Shown in pieces: positions 36,828 through 45,589 of a stretch of 51,489 bases of DNA (positions are counted from its first letter, which is position 1; each line of letters opens with the position of its first letter). A program made the position numbers and the translations under genes. Source of the DNA: Hyphomonadaceae bacterium (lineage in GTDB: Bacteria; Pseudomonadota; Alphaproteobacteria; Caulobacterales; Aquidulcibacteraceae); assembly GCA_027492515.1 (NCBI GenBank), contig JAPUEP010000196.1, positions 1 to 51,489 on the forward strand, in the 5' to 3' direction. The notes below the pieces were generated by a model, which had not been told where the DNA came from, searched no databases, and saw only the letters and a list, made by a program, of their open reading frames with translations.

Positions 36828-36945
36828 TTTTAATTCCGTTATAAGCGCTATTGCATGATAGTTTGGTAATCAAGCGTCATCCCACAATAGCAGGTTAACG
36901 CGTTGATTGACGTAAACGCTTACGGAAGCCATTGAGGCAACAGCT
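36828..36945 (-). promoter_or_regulatory. candidate structured cis-regulatory RNA leader (riboswitch/attenuator-like) of the DUF2798 gene
   Basis: Nested complementary segments, SD-sequestering helix and alternative pairings (see findings); more GC-rich than flanking intergenic DNA. Confidence 0.6.
36870..36932 (-). CDS. possible leader peptide MASVSVYVNQRVNLLLWDDA
   Basis: ATG 36932 to TGA 36870; 20 codons; no clear SD; translation unproven. Confidence 0.25.
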   Translation of the reverse strand: MASVSVYVNQRVNLLLWDDA

Positions 36946-36946
36946 A

Positions 36947-36975
36947 AACTTAACATACTATAATTTATATCTCAA
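36947..36975 (-). promoter_or_regulatory. putative promoter for the leader-DUF2798 transcript
   Basis: TTGAGA-N17-TAAGTT with extended TG on the minus strand; predicted +1 about 36940. Confidence 0.5.
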
Positions 36976-36984
36976 ATAAGTTGT

Positions 36985-38403
36985 TCAGTTTATATTTCTA
37001 TAATCGAATAATTCACCCTTAATTGCCGCCCATGCCGCCATGCGTGGTGAACATAAATGGGTGCGTGAACCGCGCCCTTGGCGGCCTTCAAAATTACGAT
37101 TTGAAGTTGATGCACATCTTTCACCAGGCGCAAGTTTATCAGGGTTCATACCAAGGCACATCGAACATCCAGGTTCGCGCCATTCAAAACCCGCTTCTTT
37201 AAAGATTATATCCAAACCTTCTTCTTCGGCTTGTAATTTAACAAGGCCAGAACCCGGAACAATCATTGCGCGCACAGTGTTTGCAACTTTTTGACCTTTG
37301 GCAACTTCTGCGGCTTCGCGTAAATCTTCGATACGAGAATTTGTGCAAGATCCAATAAATACGCGGTCAATTTTCACGCCTTCGATTTTTTGACCTGCTT
37401 CAAAACCAACATAATTTAAAGCGCGTTCAAATGTTTCTTTTGCCCCTTCACTAAGGCCATCACCTGTTGGAACATTTTCATCAATTGCAATTGCCTGCTC
37501 TGGATTTGTGCCCCATGTAAGCATTGGTTTAATTTTTGTGCCGTCCATTTCAATGACAATATCAAAAATTGCATCATCATCTGATTTCATATCTTGCCAA
37601 TATTTAAGCGCCATTTCCCACGCACCGCCTTTTGGCGCGGCTGGCCTGCCTTTAATATATTCAAAAGTCTTTTCGTCTGCGGCAACAAGGCCCGCACGTG
37701 CACCCGCCTCTATTGCCATATTGCAAAGCGTCATACGTCCTTCCATTGAAAGGCCGCGAATTGTTGAACCCATAAATTCAATAACCGAACCTGTGCCGCC
37801 TGCGGTTCCAATTTTGGCAATGATTGCAAGGGCAACATCTTTGGCAGTAACGCCATTTTGTAATTCACCCTCGACTTTAATTGCCATATTTTTCATTTTT
37901 CGGGCGCGTAAAGTTTGGGTTGCTAAAACATGTTCAACTTCTGATGTGCCGATACCATGGGCAAGGGCGGCAAATGCGCCATGTGTTGAAGTATGGCTAT
38001 CGCCGCAGACAATTGTAAGGCCGGGTTGGGTGCGCCCTTGTTCTGGGCCAACAACGTGAACAATACCATTATTAATATCGCCCATTGGGAAGAATTGAAT
38101 TCCAAATTCTTCAACATTTTTGGACAAAGTTTCAAGTTGTAACTTAGCTTCGGGATCTTTAACGCCATCAAGACCAAGTTCTTGATCTTCGGTTGGGGTG
38201 TTATGATCGGCGGTCGCAAGTGTACGATTAGGCTCTGAAACCTTGCGCCCATTGGCGCGAAGCCCTGCAAAGGCCTGTGGGGTTGTTACTTCGTGAATAA
38301 GGTGAAGGTCAATATAAATTAAGCTATCGCCATTATCAGTGTCGCAAATGAAATGGTTATCCCAAATTTTATCGTAAAGCGTTTTTGCAGGTTTTTGTGT
38401 CAT
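36985..38403 (-). CDS. leuC: 3-isopropylmalate dehydratase large subunit (ATG 38403 preferred)
   Basis: [57 protein letters not shown]. Confidence 0.97.
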   Translation of the reverse strand: MTQKPAKTLYDKIWDNHFICDTDNGDSLIYIDLHLIHEVTTPQAFAGLRANGRKVSEPNRTLATADHNTPTEDQELGLDGVKDPEAKLQLETLSKNVEEFGIQFFPMGDINNGIVHVVGPEQGRTQPGLTIVCGDSHTSTHGAFAALAHGIGTSEVEHVLATQTLRARKMKNMAIKVEGELQNGVTAKDVALAIIAKIGTAGGTGSVIEFMGSTIRGLSMEGRMTLCNMAIEAGARAGLVAADEKTFEYIKGRPAAPKGGAWEMALKYWQDMKSDDDAIFDIVIEMDGTKIKPMLTWGTNPEQAIAIDENVPTGDGLSEGAKETFERALNYVGFEAGQKIEGVKIDRVFIGSCTNSRIEDLREAAEVAKGQKVANTVRAMIVPGSGLVKLQAEEEGLDIIFKEAGFEWREPGCSMCLGMNPDKLAPGERCASTSNRNFEGRQGRGSRTHLCSPRMAAWAAIKGELFDYRNIN

Positions 38404-38492
38404 AAGATGCGCTTTAGACAATTATCAAAATTTTTTCCAGTGTCATTTGAACCAAATATAGTTATATTTTAATCTATTTCGGATTAAATGCA

Positions 38493-39086
38493 TTGATGAA
38501 AACTTGGCAAAAAATTTCATTTGTTTTGGCATGCATATTTTTGTGCGCCAATATATTTTATGGTCAAGTTGAATATAGGCTTTTAGATTTAGGCAAACAA
38601 CACGAAAAACAAGCTCTAATCCAAAGCCTTAAAGAATTGCGAATGTCTGAAAATGATATGGATGCCAATGCAATTGATGCCCAAGCGCAAGAATTAATGG
38701 CAATTTCCCCGCACCAAAGCATAAATGGATTAATGGTAATTGGCGCAAAATTAGAAGAAGCAAACAAACCACAAGATGCATTGGCGATTTATGAAAAAAT
38801 CACACAAATGGATTTTCAATATTCCCCTGCCCATAGTGCCGCCGCAAGTATTTTGTATCAATTAGATGATAGGGACGGCGCAATAAAACATTTACGTGCC
38901 GCCGTTAAAATTGAACCGCGCGATTATAATGCATGGTTTGGGCTTGGCACAATATTAGAGCAAAATGGCGATTTGAATGAGGCCAAAAAAGCCTATGAAG
39001 AAGCAATATTCCTAAATCCATATATGGAAGGCGCAAAACGCGGATTATTCAAAATAGAGGCGCAAACCAAAGGCCTTGCAATGTAA
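38493..39086 (+). CDS. tetratricopeptide repeat protein with N-terminal signal/anchor
   Basis: TPR-like repeats (A.A.YEK....FQYSPA; AIKHLRAAVKIEPRDYNAWFGLG; A.KAYEEAI.LNP). Confidence 0.85.
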   Translation: MMKTWQKISFVLACIFLCANIFYGQVEYRLLDLGKQHEKQALIQSLKELRMSENDMDANAIDAQAQELMAISPHQSINGLMVIGAKLEEANKPQDALAIYEKITQMDFQYSPAHSAAASILYQLDDRDGAIKHLRAAVKIEPRDYNAWFGLGTILEQNGDLNEAKKAYEEAIFLNPYMEGAKRGLFKIEAQTKGLAM

Positions 39087-39179
39087 AATAATAATGTAAA
39101 AATCCCTGTTAAAAAATGCATTTTCCCTATTGATTGAAACACAAAAAACTGGTGGATACGCACAATAAGGATTTTACAA

Positions 39180-39455
39180 ATGGATTTTGAATCAGACGAT
39201 ATCGTTGCACCACAAGCTTTAACTGAAACTAGCAAAGATAAATTGCGTTCTTATGTTGCGCGTCTTGAAAATCTTGAAGCTGAAAAGCAAGAAGTTGCCG
39301 ACCAAATCAAAGATGTTTATGCCGATGCCAAAGCTTTGGGATTTGATACAAAAGCCCTAAGAAAAGTTATTTCTTTGCGCAAAAAAGACCAAAAGAAACG
39401 CCAAGAAGAAGAAATGATGCTTGATTTATATCTTCACGCTTTGGGCGAAATATAA
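39180..39455 (+). CDS. gapR: DUF2312 nucleoid-associated protein, GapR homologue
   Basis: LRSYVARLENLEAEK...DQIKDVYADAK..GFD.KALRKVI..RK.D..KRQEEE..LDLY..ALGEI. Confidence 0.9.
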   Translation: MDFESDDIVAPQALTETSKDKLRSYVARLENLEAEKQEVADQIKDVYADAKALGFDTKALRKVISLRKKDQKKRQEEEMMLDLYLHALGEI

Positions 39456-39483
39456 TATATTAATCCTCTAATCTGGGGGTTAT

Positions 39484-39858
39484 TTGGAAAAATCAGACGA
39501 TAAAATGGCAAATAAAGCGCGCAAATGGATTGCGCGCGTAAAGAAAAATGCAAGCCAAACAAAAACTGAATTATCCGAATGGGAAGATGAATTTCTTTTA
39601 TCACTTGATGAAAGGCTTGAAAAATATGGCCGCGCCTTTAGCGACCCTGATAAAGGTGCAATGAATGCCCCATTATCATTGCTTCAGGGGTTAAAGGTCA
39701 AAGAAATTGGTAAAAAAACTAAACCAAAAGCGCAAAATAACGTAAAAGAAAAGCCAAAAACCTTAAAAACTAAAAAGGCTTTTGTAACCAAATCAGGTTT
39801 TAAACGTAAAGACATAAAGAGTAATATTAAAACTCTTAATGATCCAAATAAGGTATAA
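39484..39858 (+). CDS. conserved hypothetical protein, basic C-terminus
   Basis: Intact ORF with SD; [23 protein letters not shown] block looks conserved. Confidence 0.7.
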   Translation: MEKSDDKMANKARKWIARVKKNASQTKTELSEWEDEFLLSLDERLEKYGRAFSDPDKGAMNAPLSLLQGLKVKEIGKKTKPKAQNNVKEKPKTLKTKKAFVTKSGFKRKDIKSNIKTLNDPNKV

Positions 39859-39859
39859 A

Positions 39860-40498
39860 ATGTTCACAAAAACCCAATTCCCAAATCCCGATAAAGCATT
39901 AAAAGGCCGCCCAAATCCGCTTAATGTTGAACCAATCCATTTTGTGAATGGCAATAATATTTTTGCGCCATTTCCTGATGGTTTTGAATATGCATATTTT
40001 GGCATGGGCTGCTTTTGGGGCGCAGAGCGTAAGTTTTGGCAACAAGATGGGGTCTATGTAACCGCCGTTGGCTATGGCGCAGGCTTAACACCAAACCCAA
40101 CATATGAAGAAGTCTGCACAGGTGGAACCGCACATAATGAATTAGTCTTGGTGGTATGGGACCCAAAAATCACCAATTATGAAAACCTAATTAAGGTATT
40201 TTTCGAAAATCATAACCCAACCCAAGGAATGCGCCAAGGTGGTGATATTGGAACGCAATATAGAAGCGGGCTTTATCCAACAAGCGAAAATCAAAAACAA
40301 ATTGCGCAAAAAGCAATCGATGAATATCAAACCCAATTAACAAAAGCGGGCTTTGGTGAAATCACGACCGAAATTATTGAAAACATACCTTTTTATTATG
40401 CCGAAACTTATCATCAGCAATATTTAGCAAAAAACCCAGAAGGTTATTGTGGCCTTGGTGGATTGGGTGTTTCGTGTCCAATTGGCTTAAAAACATAA
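39860..40498 (+). CDS. msrA: peptide-methionine (S)-S-oxide reductase
   Basis: [42 protein letters not shown]. Confidence 0.97.
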   Translation: MFTKTQFPNPDKALKGRPNPLNVEPIHFVNGNNIFAPFPDGFEYAYFGMGCFWGAERKFWQQDGVYVTAVGYGAGLTPNPTYEEVCTGGTAHNELVLVVWDPKITNYENLIKVFFENHNPTQGMRQGGDIGTQYRSGLYPTSENQKQIAQKAIDEYQTQLTKAGFGEITTEIIENIPFYYAETYHQQYLAKNPEGYCGLGGLGVSCPIGLKT

Positions 40499-40550
40499 TT
40501 GTAACGATTTACCAATCAATCTAAGCTATTTTCCATATAGGAAAATAATA

Positions 40551-41657
40551 ATGGCTGATATTGACGTTTTGATAATTGGTGCGGGCATGGTTGGCCTTGG
40601 GGTCGGGCGTGCAATTGCAAACACTGGCAAAAGTGTAATTATCGTCGATAAAAACCCAAGTTTTGGTGAAGAAACTTCAAGCCGTAATTCCGAAGTTATT
40701 CACGCCGGAATGTATTATCCGACAGGAAGTCTTAAGGCGCAATTTTGTGTGCGCGGCAATCACTTAATTTATGAATATTGCGCCGCGCGCGGTATTATGG
40801 CCAATCCAATATCAAAATTAATTCTTGCCACGAATGAAACTGAAATTGATAAATTGCATCATATTTTTGAACAGGGGCAGATTAATAATGTTCCAAATAT
40901 GCGCATCATCGAAAGCCAAGAAATAAAAAAACTTGAACCCGCACTTGATGCCAAACTTGCAATCTATGCACCAACATCGGGAATAATGGACAGCCACTCC
41001 ATAATGCTCGCGCTTTTGGGTGAGATTGAGGATAATGGCGGGGCATTGGCGCGCAATTCACCATTCATGGGTGCAAAGCGTAAAGATGGCGAATGGGTGG
41101 TTGAAATCGGTGGTGATGATGGCACTATAATAAGCGCGAATACACTTATTTTAAGTGCTGGTCTGTGGTCTGGCGCGGTTGCAAAAAATATTGAAGGGTT
41201 GGAAGAAAAATTCATACCCAATGTAAAATATGCCAAGGGTAATTATTTTCGATATATGGGCAAAGCGCCATTTTCACGCCTAATTTATCCAATCCCCAAC
41301 CACGGCGGCCTTGGAATTCATTTAACGCCAGATGCGGCGGGACATGCCCGTTTTGGTCCAGATGTTGAAGTTGTTGAAGAAATTGATTATCGGGTTAATG
41401 AAAATCGCCGTACTCTTTTTGCCCAATCTATAAAATCATATTGGCCACAATTGGATGAGAATTTATTATCACCCGATTATGCTGGAATTCGCCCAAAAAT
41501 TGGCAAGGATGTTGAAAGTTTCACAGATTTTCAAATACTTGATGAAAACCAACACAAATTAGAAGGCCTAATCTGTCTGTTTGGTATAGATAGCCCAGGG
41601 CTTACTTCATCACTTGCGATTGGTGAATATGTTGCAAAAATGGGGGCGCTTGCTTGA
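40551..41657 (+). CDS. FAD-dependent oxidoreductase, L-2-hydroxyglutarate oxidase (LhgO)-like
   Basis: IIGAGMVG, TSSRNSEVIHAG.YY, KGNYF, LIYP.P, GLGIHLT, FGPD, GIDSPGLTSS. Confidence 0.9.
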   Translation: MADIDVLIIGAGMVGLGVGRAIANTGKSVIIVDKNPSFGEETSSRNSEVIHAGMYYPTGSLKAQFCVRGNHLIYEYCAARGIMANPISKLILATNETEIDKLHHIFEQGQINNVPNMRIIESQEIKKLEPALDAKLAIYAPTSGIMDSHSIMLALLGEIEDNGGALARNSPFMGAKRKDGEWVVEIGGDDGTIISANTLILSAGLWSGAVAKNIEGLEEKFIPNVKYAKGNYFRYMGKAPFSRLIYPIPNHGGLGIHLTPDAAGHARFGPDVEVVEEIDYRVNENRRTLFAQSIKSYWPQLDENLLSPDYAGIRPKIGKDVESFTDFQILDENQHKLEGLICLFGIDSPGLTSSLAIGEYVAKMGALA

Positions 41658-43975
41658 AGCAGGAGCTTAAATCATTTTTGGGCGCAAAAGAAGCGATAAA
41701 AAAAATCCATCAATATGAAGCGATTTTATTGTGGTTTCGTATTTTGGTTTTACCGCTTTCTGTGGTTTTGATTTGTTCGGTATTTTTTGGGCAAATATTA
41801 TTAAACCGCCCAAATCTTCCAAAAATTATTTTTGAATTGGCGAATGTTGTAATTATTTTGGGTGCGGGATTTTGGGCATTCAAAAATTTCAAAAGCCTTA
41901 AAAATATTAAAAGCAATTCGATTATAAATTTTGAAATTCAAAACCAAATTAATGAAATTGCCCCATTAAGTGCCAATGATGATTTAAAAATAAGTGGCAA
42001 TATTGAATTTTGGAATGAATTCAAAAAACAACAAATTAAGGCGCAAATACCAAACCCAAAATTTTTGGATTTTACTAATTCAAAAGATGCAAAGAAAATG
42101 GGTTTTTTGCTTGCTTCAATTGTAGTTTTTGCATTTTACTTTTCCAATGCATTTAGTTTTTTGACATGGAATTTTTCAAATTCATCGCAAATCTCGCAAA
42201 ATATTCAAATTTTTGCCGCGCCGCCTGAATTCTTAAAATCCCCAAAAATTGATATTGAAAGTGGTAAGGCAAATTTAATTCCACAAAATTCAAAAATCAC
42301 AATAAAAATATATTCCGATAAAGTCCGCCCCATTGCAAATTTTAATGGTAAGAAAATTGAATTAAAACAAACTGATAACCAAAATTATTTTGGTGAAATT
42401 CTTGCGATTAATGACGGCAAAATAAGAATAAAAATGGGTGGTGAAAAAATAGCTTATAAAATAAAAATAAATAAGGATGCGCCCGTAAAATTCCTTTCAA
42501 ATGTGAAAGTATTTCCAATCGGCGACGATCGGTTTATTTTACAATTTACCGCAAAAGAGGATTTTGGCATTACTCATGCGTCAATTGAAATTAGCGGTAA
42601 AACCGAAAATTTTGGCCAGCAAGAAAATATCAATGAAGAATTTCCAATTAATATAAATAGCTTTAATAATCAGGGGCAATCGAGTTTAAATTTTAATAGC
42701 GCCAAAAGCGCGCTTATTGGTTCGCGCGTTCTTGGGCGCCTGAAAATTACCGACCTATCGGGAAATATAAGTTATTCAAGTCAGTTTTGGCTTAATTTAA
42801 GGGAGCCACAATTAAACGATGATTTAGCGCAATCATTGCAAGAATTAAGGTTAAATATAATTCGCACCACTAATCCTTATGAAGCATATAATAATGCTTC
42901 GGTGCGAATGTATGACGAAAAATCAGATCAAGAAGTCCAAATAAGTTCGGATAATTATATTGAAAATGCCCCAAAATCTATAAAACAATCATATGATATT
43001 TTACAAATTTATGAGGCAAATTATCAATATTTACAAATGGATGAATTATCACATCTTGGTTTAATTTATGCAATTGAAACCCTTTCACGCGCACGAAATA
43101 CCCAAGAGGCAAAAGAAGCTGGAAATATTTTATGGGAAATAATTGAAAAATACCGTGATGCCCAAAAAGACACCAAAACCCAGATAAATGACGCAATAGA
43201 AAACCTTAAACAGGCCATAAAAAATAACGCAAATGATGCCGAAATAGAGCGTTTAAAACAAGAATTACGCCAAGCAATCCAAAACCATGTCGAAGCATTA
43301 AAACAGCAACAACAACAATCAGGCGACATGGAAATAGAAGATAAGCAAAGCCTTGGTGATAATGATATTGAAAAAGCTATTGATGAAATCAATAGCAAAC
43401 AGGGCGATGCAAACCAAAAACTTGATGAATTAAATCAATTTCTTCAAAATATGCAATTGGATAATAATGGCAGTGCTTCGGGGCGTATGGGTCAAACTTC
43501 TAATGATAGCCAATCCAATGATATTATCGATAAAGCGCAAAAATTATATGATGATACCCAAAATTCAAACGGCTCAAATCTAGGTGAATTAGCACAAGAA
43601 CAAGAAAAATTAGCCGATGAATTAAAAGCAACTGATGAAAACCGCTATTCAAAAGCCATAAATGATATGGAACGCGCCGCCCAAGAACTGAAACAAGGCA
43701 ATAAAGAAAATGCACAAAAAGCCCAAAAACAAGCGATAGAAAGCCTATCGGATGCAATGAACCAAGGCGAAGATAATAAGGATCCAATGGGCCGCGAAAA
43801 TGATAATAAATCAAAAAGCGGCCGCCCAAATCCTAATGAAAAAACAAAAATCCCGCCATTAGATAAAGAGCAAAAAACCCGTGAAATTCTTCAAAAATTG
43901 AAGGAAAAAGCAAACGATCCCAAAAACACACCACAAGAACAAGAATATTATGACAGGCTATTAAAAAACCAATAA
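41654..43975 (+). CDS. TIGR02302/DUF4175 family membrane-anchored protein, divergent
   Basis: N-terminal TMs, PP.F, EDFG, LWEI, A.DAEIERL.QELRQA, Q-rich tract, DPMGR, C-terminal REIL..L....P.E.EYYDRLL. Confidence 0.75.
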   Translation: MKQELKSFLGAKEAIKKIHQYEAILLWFRILVLPLSVVLICSVFFGQILLNRPNLPKIIFELANVVIILGAGFWAFKNFKSLKNIKSNSIINFEIQNQINEIAPLSANDDLKISGNIEFWNEFKKQQIKAQIPNPKFLDFTNSKDAKKMGFLLASIVVFAFYFSNAFSFLTWNFSNSSQISQNIQIFAAPPEFLKSPKIDIESGKANLIPQNSKITIKIYSDKVRPIANFNGKKIELKQTDNQNYFGEILAINDGKIRIKMGGEKIAYKIKINKDAPVKFLSNVKVFPIGDDRFILQFTAKEDFGITHASIEISGKTENFGQQENINEEFPININSFNNQGQSSLNFNSAKSALIGSRVLGRLKITDLSGNISYSSQFWLNLREPQLNDDLAQSLQELRLNIIRTTNPYEAYNNASVRMYDEKSDQEVQISSDNYIENAPKSIKQSYDILQIYEANYQYLQMDELSHLGLIYAIETLSRARNTQEAKEAGNILWEIIEKYRDAQKDTKTQINDAIENLKQAIKNNANDAEIERLKQELRQAIQNHVEALKQQQQQSGDMEIEDKQSLGDNDIEKAIDEINSKQGDANQKLDELNQFLQNMQLDNNGSASGRMGQTSNDSQSNDIIDKAQKLYDDTQNSNGSNLGELAQEQEKLADELKATDENRYSKAINDMERAAQELKQGNKENAQKAQKQAIESLSDAMNQGEDNKDPMGRENDNKSKSGRPNPNEKTKIPPLDKEQKTREILQKLKEKANDPKNTPQEQEYYDRLLKNQ

Positions 43976-44239
43976 TTATTTTGATAATTTTTGGATTTTA
44001 GCCTCGATTTCATTAATAAGTTTTTCGCGCCTTTGTTTGATTTCTTGCGGCGTTAATTTGGGCGGCGATATATCTTCAAATTTGTTTAGTTTTAAAAGGC
44101 GCTCTAACAAATCTATTTCGACTTTTGCTAATTCATTATTGCCCGCATCTATCGCCGATTTTAGGCGATTTCGAACAGTTTCTTGCATATTAATTATATC
44201 GTTTTGAGACGAAATTTTTACTGGCTTTTTGATTGTCAT
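43976..44239 (-). CDS. small helical hypothetical protein (start uncertain, 44239 or 44311)
   Basis: Only ORF filling the gap; charged coiled-coil-like composition. Confidence 0.55.
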   Translation of the reverse strand: MTIKKPVKISSQNDIINMQETVRNRLKSAIDAGNNELAKVEIDLLERLLKLNKFEDISPPKLTPQEIKQRREKLINEIEAKIQKLSK

Positions 44240-44447
44240 TAAGAAAAAATAATTCGTTTTTAAATTGTGGGGATAATTAAAATTTATATACTTAAAGAAT
44301 TTAATCCCCAAAAGGTTGAATCTATTATCTATGCTTTCGGGTTAAGGTTGTAAAAACGCAAGTTTATTTGACTAATAAGTAAAATACGCGTTGAAATAAG
44401 GGCGATAGGCTTAAGCCATAATAATTATAAATTCGGAGAATGGTGAA

Positions 44448-45521
44448 ATGAAAATTTCAAATGGAATAGTGGCTGCGCTGGTAGGGATAAGCGTATTGCC
44501 ATTTGCTTCAATTGCACAGCCGATGATGCCATCTGATATGGCGCCGCCTAATGCACGCCCTGGCCAATGTTTTGCACGTGTTTTAGTGCCTGCAACATAT
44601 GTTGCAGATCAAGCATTAAATGTTGCAATCGAAGATGGCTATGTAATGCCACGCGTTGCAGACGCTAAATTTTCACAACCTGTGCCACGTGATGTAATCG
44701 CAAGTGATGGTTATAAAACTTTTCAAGTGACAAATCCTGAATTTGGATATGTTGATGAGAAAATCGTTCTTGTACCTGCGCATCATAAAGTTGTTGTTAC
44801 ACCGCCAATGGCACACCAAGGCTTTAAAACTTATGTGGTTAAAAAGCCAACTTTGGTTTGGCGTCGTGGCTCTGATTTATCAAATGTTCGCCGTATAAAT
44901 GGTGCAACGGGTGAAACTTATTGTTTGGTTGAAGAATATGGTGAAACTGTAAATGTTCCATACACTTCATATTCAGCACCAAAAGCAGATGTGAAATTTG
45001 TTCCAGTTGCCGAGCAATCAATTGTTAATCGCCGCCAAATTGTAACCAAAGAAGCAAGTGTGCGTGAAGTTTACGTTCCGCCTGTTCTAAACGCCAAAAA
45101 CCCACATGTTAACACGCAAGAATTGATTTCTGATGCGCAAATTATTGGTGAAGATCGTATCGCACCGCGCACAACCACAATCAATACACAGCGCCTTGAT
45201 AAGCCTGAATATTACACTTGGGTTGAAGTTCCGTGCGATAATAGCAATGTTCAAAAAGTTTCGGTTGATTTGTCTTCAAACCAACGCATTACAAATTCAA
45301 ATGTTGCACCATCAGACGTTGTTGGCGCAAAGAAACCACTTAATGCTGTAACTGCGGCAAATGTTCAAAAGCGCCTTGGTGAACTTGGCTTCTATCGTGG
45401 ACCTGTTGATAATATTTATGGTTCAAAAACCCGCGATGCAATGCGCCGCTTCCAAGAAAGCAAAGGCCTTAATGTCGATGGTAAGCCAAGTGTTGAAGCT
45501 TTAAAAGCACTTGGATTTTAA
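44448..45521 (+). CDS. exported protein with C-terminal peptidoglycan-binding domain
   Basis: Signal peptide, PPNARPGQCFARV, V/P-rich beta repeats, VQKRL.ELGFY.GPVDNIYG.KT..A...FQ..KGL.VDG. Confidence 0.88.
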   Translation: MKISNGIVAALVGISVLPFASIAQPMMPSDMAPPNARPGQCFARVLVPATYVADQALNVAIEDGYVMPRVADAKFSQPVPRDVIASDGYKTFQVTNPEFGYVDEKIVLVPAHHKVVVTPPMAHQGFKTYVVKKPTLVWRRGSDLSNVRRINGATGETYCLVEEYGETVNVPYTSYSAPKADVKFVPVAEQSIVNRRQIVTKEASVREVYVPPVLNAKNPHVNTQELISDAQIIGEDRIAPRTTTINTQRLDKPEYYTWVEVPCDNSNVQKVSVDLSSNQRITNSNVAPSDVVGAKKPLNAVTAANVQKRLGELGFYRGPVDNIYGSKTRDAMRRFQESKGLNVDGKPSVEALKALGF

Positions 45522-45538
45522 TCAAATTCAATCTCAAT

Positions 45539-45571
45539 AAAAAAGCCGCCAATTTATTTGGCGGCTTTTTT
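45539..45571. terminator. bidirectional intrinsic terminator
   Basis: AAAAAAGCCGCCAA-TTTAT-TTGGCGGCTTTTTT between convergent genes. Confidence 0.92.
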
Positions 45572-45589
45572 ATTTGTATAATCAAATTA

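Noticed and set aside
36828-36945. Assignment of the DUF2798 leader to SAM/SAH (CAAUGGCUUCC resembles CAACGGCUUCC), fluoride (AACCUGC...GAUGAC) or yybP-ykoY (CGUCA/UGACG) riboswitch classes
   Set aside because: Only short word matches. The defining flanking helices and motifs (GUCAC/GUGAC stem; GAUGG-containing P1 loop; GGGGAGUAG...AGACC) are absent.
36985-38492. leuC without adjacent leuD; searched upstream for a Leu attenuator
   Set aside because: Split leuC/leuD is common in alphaproteobacteria. No Leu-rich uORF or hairpin in 38404-38492.
43976-44239. Small ORF reminiscent of GTA/phage small-terminase-like proteins (C-terminal 'EIEAKIQKL' helix)
   Set aside because: Generic coiled-coil similarity only; no terminase, portal or capsid genes nearby.
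44240-44447. Possible CtrA boxes (TTAA repeats) in the AT-rich intergenic region
   Set aside because: No TTAA-N7-TTAA spacing found; TTAA words are expected by chance at this composition.
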